Counted from the first letter of the stretch, positions 50,515 to 64,000 are shown. The stretch: 64,000 bases of DNA from Chlorokybus atmophyticus (GCA_009103225.1 RHPI01000638.1:620001-684000), one strand, 5' to 3'. Numbers and translations: made by a program. Notes: generated from the letters alone by a model not told the origin.

Positions 50515-53500
50515 CCCCCCCCCCCCCCCCCCCCCCCTCCCCTCTCACCGCATGTCGTCATGGCCTCAGGGATTGGGAACGCTATGGCTGAAATTAACTT
50601 GCACAACGTGTTAACAATTAGAAATGGACTTCGTTTGCTCACGCCACCAGCTATGCCCGCCCGCATCCACCGCCGCCCATACCACCGCCCCAAGGCCAGC
50701 ACTGATCAGCTACAGCACCAAGCTTTCCAACTGGCAAGTTGCTAGCTTTACTTGCACTCTACAGAATGGCATCTACTGAAAGAACTAGTGCGGGCAGCTA
50801 AAACACCACCGCCGCTGCCAACAACTACATCACCGCCGCCGACGCCAACCAGCTGCTACACCAAACGGACGGGCTTAGGGCTTATTGCAGAGCTGCGACG
50901 CGTCCGTTGCAACTTGGGTCAACTCGATAGCTGAGATTGGTTACCTCTTTTTATTTGGCAAAAATATAACATCATGCCCTCCACCCCAAAATGAATGTCA
51001 TATCATGTTATGCTGGTGGAATTGCTATAACTCAATGTGCATTACCTACTGTACTGTCCTTCATCAACATAACGTACCAAACACACATGAATTGCATGCG
51101 AAAGTTTCGCAATATTGCAATGACATATTTACAATGCAACGGTAGTAGTATTTACGTAAATGATGTATTTAGATTGGTTGATTGATGATTAATGATGGTA
51201 GTCACACACAGATTGATAACAGCAAAACATTACAACGTTGACATGAATGCATCACAACTTATATATCAAGCACAAATGTATAATACAGCATTTTTTGCAA
51301 AGGTGGGTGCGAGTAGTGTATGTGTTACCGTATTACTTCATACTATAAGGTATCATTCAGTACGCGTATTAATTCCACTTGTGAACACCACATGTTGACA
51401 CCACTTTGCATAAGTTGAAAAGTCCAAACACTGCGTATCGTATTGCATCAAAGATAGTTATATTTCTTTTTGATTGATGTTGACGATATCAAAACCTAAA
51501 TATATATTCTTGCACACTATATCATGTCGTATTGCAATGGAGAATTTGATGTGATTGGCAATATCGTTATAATATTTACGCGTGTTTACGTAGTTCCTAT
51601 ATTAGATACATGCACAATGCATGATTTGCTTGTGAAACAGTCTATTCTTATAGCTAATGACTGTAGAGGTGATTTTTTATTGCAATCATCGAAGGATGAT
51701 GCAACACCAAAACTATGCACAAAGTGCATGAGTTTGGTCATTGAAACATTTAATGACAGCCAATAATCGCTATTTTTGTTACATAACACGGCCTGTACCC
51801 CAACCTTGCGCAAAGGCGGGGTAATATAAAGGATTCTGTTCCATGGGATGACACCATAAACCGACGGTCACCCCAACTTTGCAGCAATCATTCACATAAT
51901 TGTTAGTCAATGTTACCAATTTGTTAATTCGTGTTTTTTAAAATATGAAGCCTTTCATATCGTGAGAGCAACTCCGACGGATTTGCTCTCACGGTGTGAG
52001 AAGTAGAGCCTCGCAGCCACAACCAGAAACCCTAGCAGCTGTTAGGTGGCAGGGCGCGTGGGCGTGGGCGGTGGTGGCGTGGGCATTAGCGTGGGCGTGG
52101 GCGTGCGCATGGGCGGTGTTGATTGAGGTGGCGGGCGACGGGCGTGGGCTTAGACGGTGTTGGTTTGGGCGACGGGCTTAAGCGGTGTTTATTTCGGCGG
52201 TGTGGGCGGCAGGGACCGGTGCAGCAGCATAAGGGGCTCGGGCGCAGAGCGCAAGCGGATCATGTTTTTGTTTATTTTTCAATTGTGTGTTTGTTTTTCT
52301 GTAGTGTCTTTGTAGGTTTTAGGGCTACATTGCTTGCTTCTGGCTACTATTGCTGCTGATTGCTACTGCTATGGCAGCAGCAGCAGCAGGTTGCTGTGTA
52401 GTTGATTGCTGCGCACAGCTTGTGTAAGCTTTGAGTGGGCATCATGGTATGCACTACTAGAGAGTTACTTGTGTGTGAGGTGCCTGGCTTACAGCTGTTC
52501 AAGGGGCCCTTCCCCTTACCATCCTTCTAGGGTGGTTGTGTGAGCGTGTGTGTACTTGGCGAGGGAGGGTGCTCCAAAGGTGGGCGTCCTCTTCCTCCTT
52601 GATGTGGAGCTGCTGGGCGCCTCCCATGGTGTCTTCTAGCTGTACTAAGTGGTACTTAGCACACAAGTGTCGCGTTCCTAAACTTCCTTCTAGCTGCAGT
52701 TGTAAGTCTTTATGCTTGTGCATGAGTGTTGATGTCTACAAGCAAGTAAGTTAGTGTGGACACGCCACATACCTGGTCTCAATCCCCAACCCTGATAGTT
52801 TACTTAGTGACTTCACTATGAACTAACCATGCCGCTTTAAACTATTCATTCCGGCTACAATCGGCTCGATAAGGTAAGGTAAGGCACCCAATAGTGGGAG
52901 GGAAAAGGAGAACTACCAAATCGGCTTTTGGTTCCCCTCAACCTTGTTATAGATTGAACTCACTCGACATAATCAAGCGAGGTGGCGTGTTTTAAGCTGG
53001 TTGCCAAAACCGCATCGCTTTTCAATTTGCTTAAATATACATGCGGTCGTAGGAGTCGGCGGCTATTGAAGCCTACATGCAGGAGGTACTTAACTAGCCA
53101 TTCACTTACTATATCTTACATCATCGTAAGTAAGCGCTTCTAAAGCATGAGTCATGTGCGTACAAGCGGAAGCTAGGGACTTGGGATTCTTGCAACGTCG
53201 CAAAATTAGCCCTACTCGCACGCTTTGCTCTTATGGCCGCAGACCCATAGCCGCAAGGGGACTTAATAGCTACTTAGCCTTTAAACAATAATTACTAATT
53301 GATTTATTTTGAATCAACACCCATGATGCAATTGAACTTGCGCCTATAGATTAATGGTTAATCCAAAATCCTTAAGGATCTTTTGCTAGCTCTTTCCAAC
53401 AGTTTCGCACCATGAAAGCTTGCAACAAGCGTCCTGTCCAGCTTGCCCATGTGAGCTATGCTTGGAGAAGCGTGTCCGTATAAACGTGACTTGTGAGCTT

Positions 53501-54056
53501 TACCTAATGCAGAGTTTTAACACCCCCAGCATCGTGCATGATCATTACTGATTTATTATTAATCAATTCGATCGCGATATTCAATGATAAGATATGCTTG
53601 AGTATCAATTAAGGAGAGCCCATAAGCAATTTGTCTCAGGCTTCGCTTGAGTGAAACACCTCATATCTCTTTCTCCCAAATGCTTATCCCATAGTAAGTA
53701 CTTAGATTCAAAGCACCTTTTCATATGTGACAATTGTAGCAGGTTGGTCCCACATTGCCAACCATGTTTCTGCTAGAATGTTCGCCATTATGCGATGAGA
53801 ACTCTAACGCATAACGTCAAGTGGGCAATCGGCGGTGCTTTATTGTCAAAGCTTAAGCGACTTCATCACCATATAACCTCAGTTATTAATTCATAACAAT
53901 TATCAACCATCAATCAACCTATTATATCACTATCCATAAAATGCATACATTTTAAAACTGGATTCATAACAAGGTGGTACTGTGCCATTCTTGTGGATGA
54001 AGCGTCATTCTGCATTATTGCTCATATTGGCTGTGTTTAAACATGTCCTCATTTTT

Positions 54057-54554
54057 GCGTTCTTTTTGTGTTGCTTCCGTGCATAAGATGAGTATGCGGC
54101 AGGTATGAATGTCTGCGTTGTGCTAGCCTACGTGGAGCCCAATTTGATGAGTACACTTTGTGAAAAGACGACAATTAAACTCGTCGTGGCAACCGTATCG
54201 TATATAATGCTTGCATGCCCTTCTATTGATGTAGCGTACGGTGACATGCCAGATGTTTGTAGGCTGTGTGTGCAATAAAAACATCGTCATGCTCTTATTG
54301 CGGTTTAGCGTTTTTCTTGTGTTGCTTCTGTACATAAGGTGAGCATGCGGCAAGTATGAATGTCTGTGTTGTGCTAGCCTACTTGGAGCCGAGTTTGCTT
54401 AGTACACTTTGTGAATTGATGACAGCTGCACTCGTGGCAACTGAATCCACATTGTATTTGCATGCCCGACTTGTTGCTGTAGCTTATAATAACATGCCAG
54501 ATGTGCGTAGGCTGTATGTGCAATAAGAGCATGATTATGCTCTTATTGCGGTTT
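54057..54554. repeat. Diverged tandem duplication, unit about 250 bp
   Basis: 54057-54306 and 54308-54554 share tgtgttgcttc, gtatgaatgtctg, ttgtgctagcctac, gtacactttgtgaa, acatgccagatgt and gctcttattgcggttt in the same order. Confidence 0.85.
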
Positions 54555-55084
54555 CAGCCTACTATATTTATAATTATACACTGCGCGGGTGTCCGAAAAA
54601 AAGCGTGCAGTTCGTTCGTACTACAGTATGAGATTGAAAGAGGAAATAGTGTAAATAGTCAGGGAACTACCGAACCCCGGCTAAATTGCGAAACAAGTAG
54701 TTTTATTTTTGATAGACATGCGCGACCTGGTCGGTTGCAATTGGCAATAATGTAAAGCGCTGGCCGATTGTTGTAAGATAACGCACTATGATAGCCTTAA
54801 TGCCAGCACTCATATATCCATTCAGAAAGACGGTGGTAGTATACAGCTCACGAGCACATGGTAAGTCGCGCGCAACATTAGAGTCCCTCATGTTGTATAG
54901 CGAACATTGGCACGCAACCTTTTTTAATCTGACGCCCTGTGCATGTTTAAATGAGATTTGCAATGACATTGCCGCACGGCCATACTTGGCAATTGTTGCA
55001 ATTCAACTCGTGAACATGATATGGTTAGGCCACATGCGCTAGATAATCCCGCTCACTTGTTGTTATCTCCATTGGGCACATAGG

Positions 55085-55176
55085 GAGCGAGCGAGAGCGA
55101 GCGAGCGAGAGCGAGAGCGAGAGCGAGAGCGAGAGCGAGAGCGAGAGCGAGAGCGAGAGCGAGAGCGAGCGAGAGC

Positions 55177-55208
<32 letters not shown>

Positions 55209-55219
55209 GAGAGAGAGAG
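55085..55219. repeat. (GAGAGC)n / (GA)n compound microsatellite
   Basis: Directly visible. Confidence 0.95.
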
Positions 55220-55622
55220 TTTCTGCTTTGAGTAACCTAATATTCATAACAGTTTCCATCTTCACACACAACGGTCTTCAAGAAAATCCAAATGGTGCCA
55301 GCAATGCGTAAGCTATAATGGGCATGAGTGGGAGACAAGCCGTGCTCTGAATGACCTAAGTGCATGCTCCAGCCTGCTCACTTGCCATAGCAATTTGCCA
55401 ACATCCGGAACTCATCCGACCCTTTCCTTGCACAACATGCTTCATTCGCCTGCAGTGCGTCTGTGCTCATGGGTTTGGATTGCACCAATGTCTCCCATCC
55501 CCTTGTGTCGCGCCCATCTACCTCGTCAAAGGCGCAGCAACACACATTGATGCACGTCAGCGACACAACTCAGGCTGGTGAGAGCAATGTTGTTGTTGGC
55601 AGGAGGATGCAGGAGGCTTCTG

Positions 55623-56677
55623 CTACTTATAAGTGCTGGGAAGCGTGATGTTGGGCCCACGATGCTGCCCGTAGCGCAGCCGGCCAGTGACGGGGATAAC
55701 GTTCCACGACAACACTAGAGTCACATTTCGCCCCCTCAGATTTCTCCCCTGCACAATGAATGGTTGCATCCGTCAGTGGTGCGTTTCCTGATTGCATGCT
55801 ACTACATTGTCATTTGTCATATGCGTGGTGAAAGCATTGGCCCACCTGATCAACCAGCTTGTACTTTGGTCTTTGGTACGGTAGTTGTAAGTCGGCATCC
55901 TCCTTGCGCAGTATCCTTGCGTCCCACAGCAACACCTGTCATGCACAAGGTGTCACAACAACAACAATTACTACTACTACAACAACAACGACAATCTCAA
56001 CATTGCCATATTACACCGCAACACAACGTGCCTGATTCAACCGGTTCTTGGGCGTCTCGTACTCAGCGTGCACAAATGCAAACACCTGTGCACAAGCAAC
56101 ATAACAATTACACGCACAGCATGCGATTGCCTGCTCACAAGCATGCATTCCACGTGTGGTTGTTGCATGCACACCGCACCGCGTGCCATAAGCCACACTG
56201 ACCATTTTCACGTTCCAGCCGAACAGCGAGCTGAGGTTAGCCCGCAGGTTGATCGCCAGGTACGCCTCCTCATTGCCCATCTCATCCAGCTGCAACCGCT
56301 CCACATTCGCGAGCTGCTTCCCCCCACAATCATTGATAACAAACAAGCTCACTCTCTTGCACTAACAGACTACTGCTTTGCAGTTTCATGCACGGCATAG
56401 AATGGGTCAGCTTGAAGTTGCACAAGTGACGGCAATGCAGGCAAACGGCAAGCAGCATTGCAGCAATGCAGTTGTTGCACCCGGGCAATGCACCGCGAGT
56501 GAGGATGCTGCGCAGTGGAACAACAGCAGACATTACTCTGCTTACCTGGAGGTGGACGTCGGGGGCGGGTCTGTGTGGGAGGAGGTGGTCGGAGGCGGAG
56601 GTGAGCGCGCACAGCAGCGCCAGCGCCGTCACTGCGAACGCGCCCAGGGCATTGATCCGCACCACCCACGTGTGCAT
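55623..56677 (-). CDS. SPCS3: Signal peptidase complex subunit 3 (SPC22/23), 5 exons
   Basis: MHTWVVRINALGAFAVTALALLCALTSASD / ..LRANLSSLFGWNVKM / VFAFVHAEYETPKNRLNQ / VLLWDARI..KYKLVDQ / GRNLRGRNVTLVLSWNVIPVTG..LPSTYK*. Co-linear with plant SPC22 motifs. Confidence 0.92.
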
Positions 56678-56889
56678 GCTTGCCTCCTCCCCTGCTTAAG
56701 AATTTTCTTTTTGCTGCTCCTCTTCCGCCTCTGCCTCTTCCTGCTGCTCCACTGCCGCCGCCGCTGAGTTAGCCACCTCGTTGGTGTGGCCGAGTTACTG
56801 CGTGGTCCGTCCGTCAGCGCCGCGCGATACGTCATCCTTGGTGAGCTTGCAGGAACCCGATTACGATGCTCTGAGCGCCCATGTACAAT

Positions 56890-57660
56890 GGTGAATTTTA
56901 TTGTTCGCATTCTCACTGGGAAAGAAGGCCTTCTTGACGTGGAGTGTAGACACAATAGACGGTGATTGCAGCCTCTTACCAAAATGGGCTTGAGAAATAG
57001 AAGATACCGTACAGGTGCACACCGGCTTCACAAACAAGCCATAAGCATTCCCGTGGGGAATGCTGCGGGAGTGTACCTGGCTAATAACTTGTTGGGGTCC
57101 TTCGAGCTCGACTGGCTGAAGCTTGCTCAACCCCTGGTCCCACGCCCAGTGTTCTTGCAGTATGCTGTGGGGATCGTACGCTACGTGGATGATCTGCTGG
57201 TGGCAGCTCTGCAAGGGTTCCCGGCAGTGATGTATCAGAGTGCTTAGGCTCCGGCTGGGGGAATCTACCCCCTAGACATGCTTACCTTGACATGTACTGC
57301 ACAGGGCACAGAGGTGCCATATCTGAACATGCATATCTTCCAAAACTGCAGATGTTAAGTTGTGTACGAAAGTTACTCCAAGCTGTGGGAGCCACAGTTC
57401 CAGGGCATGCCCATCTCAGAGCACCACACCCGGGTTCAAACATAGCACGCAGTGCCAGAATTAATGTCATTGTGTCACAGTGTATGCGTTTCATGTCCAC
57501 ATACCGTGGTCATTTCCGGCAAGAAATGCAAACGCTGCTGCAGGATATGACTAACATGGGCTACAACAAGCGAGCCCTCCTCTCCAAGTTGCGGGCCAGC
57601 CTCTGGGACAGCCAGGTTATCATTTCGATTGCACATACAGATGATTGTTCCAGTTGACTG
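56890..57660 (+). mobile_element. 5'-truncated Penelope-like element reverse transcriptase fragment
   Basis: KQAISIPVGNAAGVYLANNLLGSFE, IVRYVDDLL (57182), GGIYPLDMLTL, VPYLNMHI, HPGSNIARSARINVIVSQCMRF..F..GY. This is the RT core C-terminal half plus thumb in a PLE-like arrangement. Contains a stop and a frameshift. Confidence 0.75.
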
Positions 57661-58737
57661 CATCCACTGCTGTGCGTGAGGGGAGGTAAGTTGCTGGGTG
57701 ATGTATGGTGGGGAGCATGCTGTTGGTGCCCGCTATGGTTGCTGGTCATGACTTTGCGTAATTGTATTTGAGTTTGTTATTGCGAATTGATATGTTTCGT
57801 AACCTAATGGCATCGGCTGCAGCTGTTTGCACTCGTTTGTGCCCGTTGGTTGCCAGGGTACAAGACCTGTGTGCTGGCGCCGCACTTCTGGAGGGGCTGC
57901 AGAGCATCTTCATGTCGGTCGTCTGCTTGGCCGTCCGTGTGCTGAACTCTGCCTCTCCTCTCCCTCCTTGCGCCTCTCCTGCGTTGCACAGGTAATCCTT
58001 GGTGCAACTCCGGCTTCTTTCCTGCCCTTGCATCAGCACATAGGCCTACAACCAGCCCCTGAGCTAGATTGTGGTCTTGTGTAATAATTTGTGCCGTGCC
58101 CTGTCTTGCTGCTGTTCTTGCTGGCTGTGCTTCTCTATTTATGCCTTATGTTACTCTTTGCTATACCCTAAGATGAGGGGCACTTTGCCTTGCCAAGCAA
58201 TTTGTGCTTATGCAGGTCAATTTTGGTACTCCTTGCCAAGTAGCATATACTTGTACAGGAGTCCTGGAAGTAAGTACGAACTGGTAGTCATCTCCTCCAA
58301 CAATGTTTACGGCACTACGAGCAACTGTACTTATACACGTTGATCCCATTACTATCGAGTCACAGTTACTAATTGAGTCACAGCAATTGACATGTGTGCT
58401 CATCAAAAAGGTACAACATGCGCTGCTTCCTGCAGGTTAAGCCCGCTGCTCGCCTCTGCCCCGCCTCTGCCCACGCACTTGCGTTTGCATTACAGCGGGA
58501 AGCTCTAACAAAGGCATCACTGACTGGAATAACCACAGCTTTGCCTGCCACTTGCATGTGACATGCGGCGTTCAGCATCAACGCAATAAAACTCATATTC
58601 CTTGCTGCACAAGTTAGAGGAAAGGGGAGCAAAGGTGATAGGAACAGAAGAGGCGTAGCCCCACATTCACAACAGCTACTGAGAACGTAGCAGAGCACAT
58701 AGCGTACCTATCAAATTCAAGTCAAGAGCAACCTGTG

Positions 58738-61700
58738 TTACTTGTCACTGGCAGCGCTGGGTTTAAGGTGCAACTCTTGCAGCTGTTTGGAGTCAACGGC
58801 GGCGGGTGCGTTGGTAAGCAAGCACTGGGCTTGTGCACTTTTGGGGAAAGCGATCACGTCTCGGATGGAGTCTGCACCTGCCAAAAGCATCACCAGGCGA
58901 TCCAGCCCAAATGCGATGCCGCCTGCACACGCAAGGTAACGCAAGAGGTTTAACGGAACTTATACCAATACGCCTGGGCATTGTCAGTTGCACTAGAACT
59001 GACCGTGCGGGGGAGCACCGAAGTCGAACGCCTCCAGCAGGAAGCCAAACTTTTCCTGTGCCTGCACGCAAGTGGTCTATGGTTGACAACAAACCGACCG
59101 GGCGACTGACATCGAGCCGTCTGTACCTCCTCCTGGGTCAAGCCAATGGTTTCCAGCACGCGTTCTTGGACTTCCCTTTTGTAGATACGCAGGCTGCCTC
59201 CGCCAATCTGCGCATGCGTGGAGCACATTGAGGAAGAACAACCTTACATGCTGCACAGTCCAACATTGTGTACCTCTATGCCGTTGTACACTATGTCGTA
59301 AGCTGCTGCGCGCGCTGTTTGAAGGTCTGCCATGTCCTCAGCTAATGGAGCTGTGAAAGGATGGTGTAGAGCCTGCAGGACCATGATATGAGTGGAGCTC
59401 AAGTGGATTGTACCACCGACATAGACGATGCACACTCCGCTCTTCCACGCCCTTGCGATGTACAGTGTGTTAGAAGTGACAACAATTGCCAAGCAGCTGC
59501 ATCTCACCTCCAACCTGCCTTCTTCTTCATTGTACTCGAACATTGGGAACTCGGTGACCCACAGGATGGCATGAGCATCCTGCACGTTGACGTTGAAGTC
59601 AGCCTAGCCAGAGCAGTCCAGCAACTGCAAATGCCCAGTTTATGTTTGCGGACGAGACAACGGGACAAACAGAAGTGGTCCCATGCTTTGCAGACACTGA
59701 CACCTTTGGGATGAGATCCAGAACAGGAGCGAGGAAGTTGCGGACACGATCAAGTGCTTTGTTGACCGTTGCGAGTGGCCCTGCAGCGAACAGCAGCAAA
59801 TCCCCAGCTCCCGCATCCAGTGCCTTCAACAACTCAGGTTTACAGTCCAGCAACCCATCACGCAATGCTGCAGCTCCTTCCAAGTCGCCTGAGCACAAGA
59901 TCAAACCGTCGTGACAGCAGCAACCACATGCTATATTAAGCAGAACTTGGCCAAGGTCAGCAACCTGCCCTACCATTGTCAGAGATGCGTGCAAAAGCCA
60001 AGCCTTTGGCCCCCATGAGTGTTGCTTGATTGAAGACATCTCCCTTGGGCTTCAGGCGCGAGTTGGCGATGCGAGAAGCGCCATCAGAGGCAGGTATACG
60101 GATGGCCTTGACAGCACCACCTTCCTCCACGGCATTCGCAAACACGCCAAAGCCACATCCCCGGACAACGTCGGAGACATCTCGCAGCTCCAGGCCAAAG
60201 CGCATGTCCGGCCGGTCTGTGCCAAAGCGAGCCATGGCTTCACAGTACGTTAGCCGCGGAAATGGTTTGGGCAAGGAGATACCGGCGCATTCTTCAAAGA
60301 GACGGCATGCAAGGCCTTCCATGATGTTCAGGATGGTTTCCATGGGTGTGAACGCGAGCTCCAGATCAAGCTGCGTGAACTCTGGCTGGCGATCAGCGCG
60401 CAGGTCCTCATCTCGGAAGCAGCGTGCAACCTGGTAATAACGGTCCACGCCACCGACCATCAGCAGCTGCTTGAACAACTGAGGCGACTGCGGGAGAGCG
60501 TAGAAAGCCCCTTCCTGCACCCGCGATGGCACGAGGTAGTCTCGTGCACCCTCGGGCGTCGACCGAGTGAGCATGGGAGTTTCTACCTCTAAGAACCCAT
60601 GCTCGTCTTCAAGGTACCGTCTTGCAGCGCGTAAAACGCTATGCCGCAGGCGCAGGTTTGTTGCCATGATCTCTCGCCGCAAGTCCAAAGGCCTATACCG
60701 CATCCTGAGTTCCTCGCTCACCGGGTCTGCCGACCCATATGCTGACACCATGAACGGGAGAGAACCTTTGACAGTGTTGAGGACCGTCACATCATGTGCA
60801 ACAACTTCTAGGGTACCCGTAGCCAGCTTGGGATTGATCTGGTCCTCAGGTCGCAACCGAACATGTCCGGTAACTGCAACCACCCATTCTGATCGCACTC
60901 GTGCCAACACTGCTGCAGCTGCTGCGCCCTTGGGGTCTGGGTCACTGACCACCTTTATACAGCAACGCGTGAGCAGTGATGCCGCCCTTGTTTTACCACA
61001 AATGGGCAGCTGCCGACCACCAGCTGACCACTACTGCGTGCAGGCCATACTGCAAAGCTTGCTGTGGGCTGTACAACCGGACACAGCTGCACATGCATGA
61101 CTGCAAAGCACTTCAACTCCACCACGTATAAGCCAAGACACCTCCAGAAATCGTAACCATCACATTTGCCAAGTTTGCAAGCAAGCCCATTCCATGCAGA
61201 CTACACTGTAAAAATGCACTACATTGTGCATTTGCAAAGTGCATCCGAGTGAACTGCACTGTGCACGCATGGACAGCAATGCCGCAATAGCCACCCACCT
61301 GCACAATGCCCGAATGGTCGCGTAACCAGATGAAGACAACACCTCCCCCCATGCTTCGCTGCCGGTCAACCCATCTGTAGACAAGTGCTTGTCAGATAGG
61401 ACCGGCCTCAGAGCAGCCATCTTGCGCAAGGGCTAGCTACAACACCAGCACTGTCGCTATGCCCAGACTGAATACAGATGTCCAACCGCTCCCATTTCCT
61501 AACCACCTGTGTTGCAATCACCATGGGCACCAATTGTGCATATTTCATCTTGTTGATTGCAAAGTACTGGTTTGTGGTTCTAATTGTCGCTTTGAACTGC
61601 CAACAGCAAGCAGTGACCAATGTTACTTGTACAGTTGCAACAGCTTGAGCAGCTTGTGCAGCAGTTGCAACTGTACTGGTGGGAGGAGGGGGGNNNNNNN

Positions 61701-63199
61701 NNNNNNNNNNNNNNNNNNNNNNNNNNNNNNNNNNNNNNNNNNNNNNNNNNNNNNNNNNNNNNNNNNNNNNNNNNNNNNNNNNNNNNNNNNNNNNNNNNNN
61801 NNNNNNNNNNNNNNNNNNNNNNNNNNNNNNNNNNNNNNNNNNNNNNNNNNNNNNNNNNNNNNNNNNNNNNNNNNNNNNNNNNNNNNNNNNNNNNNNNNNN
61901 NNNNNNNNNNNNNNNNNNNNNNNNNNNNNNNNNNNNNNNNNNNNNNNNNNNNNNNNNNNNNNNNNNNNNNNNNNNNNNNNNNNNNNNNNNNNNNNNNNNN
62001 NNNNNNNNNNNNNNNNNNNNNNNNNNNNNNNNNNNNNNNNNNNNNNNNNNNNNNNNNNNNNNNNNNNNNNNNNNNNNNNNNNNNNNNNNNNNNNNNNNNN
62101 NNNNNNNNNNNNNNNNNNNNNNNNNNNNNNNNNNNNNNNNNNNNNNNNNNNNNNNNNNNNNNNNNNNNNNNNNNNNNNNNNNNNNNNNNNNNNNNNNNNN
62201 NNNNNNNNNNNNNNNNNNNNNNNNNNNNNNNNNNNNNNNNNNNNNNNNNNNNNNNNNNNNNNNNNNNNNNNNNNNNNNNNNNNNNNNNNNNNNNNNNNNN
62301 NNNNNNNNNNNNNNNNNNNNNNNNNNNNNNNNNNNNNNNNNNNNNNNNNNNNNNNNNNNNNNNNNNNNNNNNNNNNNNNNNNNNNNNNNNNNNNNNNNNN
62401 NNNNNNNNNNNNNNNNNNNNNNNNNNNNNNNNNNNNNNNNNNNNNNNNNNNNNNNNNNNNNNNNNNNNNNNNNNNNNNNNNNNNNNNNNNNNNNNNNNNN
62501 NNNNNNNNNNNNNNNNNNNNNNNNNNNNNNNNNNNNNNNNNNNNNNNNNNNNNNNNNNNNNNNNNNNNNNNNNNNNNNNNNNNNNNNNNNNNNNNNNNNN
62601 NNNNNNNNNNNNNNNNNNNNNNNNNNNNNGGGGCGCCGTGAGAATTGCAGTTGCAACGTGGCTCGCATTCCACGGACACATGCAATGCTGATCATGGTCT
62701 ACTTGAAGTCGTTTTGGGCGGCGGGGGGGGCGCAATTACGATCAACAAACCATACGAGCTAGCAGCCATGACATGGACAAGCAGTCGACTTCAGCTTGGG
62801 ACACAAATTAATAAGTCAGATAAGGCCATGCAGACATGAGTTCTTTGCTAGAGGAAAACCTGCTGACCCGCAGAGCTTTACTTCACCCGCGTCTTCACGC
62901 ACCTCCCCGCAACAGCATCCTCTTTCAGGCCATTCCAGGGTAGAAGACGAGGTGGCTGGCGAGGAGACCTCAGGAACAGCAGCCTCAGCGGATGCGGAGG
63001 CGGAGGTGGTAGGGGAGGGGGAGGCGGAGGCGGAGGCGGAGGCGGAGGCCCGTGCAGCGACGCCCCGGTGCAGCGAAACAGCCAGCACCCCAGGTACATG
63101 CCTGACCCGGGGTATCAACAACACAGCACCAGCTGTTCTGGGAGGCGCTGCCCTCGCTAGCAACGCCACCACGGCCGCCGCCGCCGCCGTCATCGCCAT
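58738..63199 (-). CDS. aspS: Bacterial-type (organellar) aspartyl-tRNA synthetase
   Basis: Transit-like N-terminus, [15 protein letters not shown] / [12 protein letters not shown] / [122 protein letters not shown]. An N gap lies in intron 1. Confidence 0.95.
61694..62629. other. Assembly gap (936 N) within aspS intron 1
   Basis: N run in the sequence. Confidence 0.95.
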
Positions 63200-64000
63200 G
63201 GCCGCGAGCACAGCAGTGCGGTTAGCAGTGACCGCAATGCAAACCACGTCAATTTGATATCGATGACAATCTTGTACAAACCGCGGGTGTCAAGCCTTCA
63301 AGACGGATGTCACTAGGCTTCTAGGGATAGAATCAACTCGCCGTCGATAGGAATATACCAATGAATCCGTCACTTTGAATATAATGTGGTGCACAAACCA
63401 GCAACCCCAACGCTTCCGCCGCCGACGACGAGGACGACGGCGACGACGACGCCGCCACTGACGTCCACCCCTTGAGCACACAGTTGCCTTGCCTGCTAGC
63501 TAGGCATTCGCTGCATTGGTGTCTGAGATGGCGGCGCTGGCGGGTTCATTGTCGCTGGGGGAATGCCGGGGCCTAAGGCGGGAGGGCGGCCTGGTGGGGC
63601 AGCAGGCAAAGCCCTGGAGGGCGGCGTGCCGGCCGCTGTCGTCACCCTCGCCGACCGGCACGTCCTCTCCGTCGTCCTCGTCATCTGGCAGGGCGGCTCA
63701 CATAGAGGTGGTTGCGCTAGTCCAGACGGGTGAGCGGCGCCCGAAAGCCGCGTCCACCTCCGCCGCCGCCGGACCCGCCAGGCGAGGCGATGCCATCCGC
63801 CTGGCGCTGCCGTCAAAGGGCCGCATGGCTGAAGATACGCTTGCTCTTCTGAACGATTGCCAGCTTTCCGTCAGGAAGGTACATAATGCACGAGCATCCT
63901 ATCTCTTTCTAAGCTGTGGCATTATTGTGAACTGTTGTCTCGCACACTTTGGCTCGGCTCATTCGGGTGACAGAGCACTGCATGGTTGTATACAAGCATC

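Noticed and set aside
53100-54000. Possible decayed LINE RT on the minus strand
   Set aside because: Only vague resemblance, with many stops and no convincing QGxxLSP or YADD motif.
61408-62762. ORFs of 320-425 aa across the poly-X region, and similar ones at 13 kb and 50.3 kb
   Set aside because: Artefacts of N gaps lacking stop codons.
63490-63830. GC-rich acidic reading frame (DEDDGEDV...) at the window end
   Set aside because: Possibly the last exon of a gene outside the window, but frame and splice sites could not be fixed.

Overview
Intron-rich eukaryotic nuclear DNA, most likely from a green-lineage alga (inferred from plant-type GCR1, FtsH3/10-like and plastid-targeted genes, and short GC-rich GT-AG introns full of GCATGC). 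1-20 kb is gene-dense: a plastid envelope protein (partial), GCR1, a rhodanese, a myristoylated disordered protein, a possible USP-like gene and two convergent proline-rich paralogues. 20.7-35.3 kb is a nested transposon island: a chromodomain Ty3/Gypsy element inside a MITE, and a second, older copy inside a pogo/Tigger transposase. An FtsH protease gene follows at 37-39.3 kb. 40.9-55 kb is a second TE island: a TIR-bounded Fot1/pogo element carrying a copy of an FtsH exon, another pogo remnant, and a Sola2-like transposase interrupted by a 523-bp TRIM. The window ends with SPCS3, a Penelope-like RT fragment and an organellar aspartyl-tRNA synthetase. The most interesting signal is an apparent helper/parasite retroelement system: a hairpin-rich-LTR chromovirus plus a miniature LTR element with matching termini, PBS and PPT and a tRNA-like B-box. 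All LTR-type insertions lie inside DNA transposons. Family assignments are from recalled motifs; no database searches were run. Three N gaps limit some calls.
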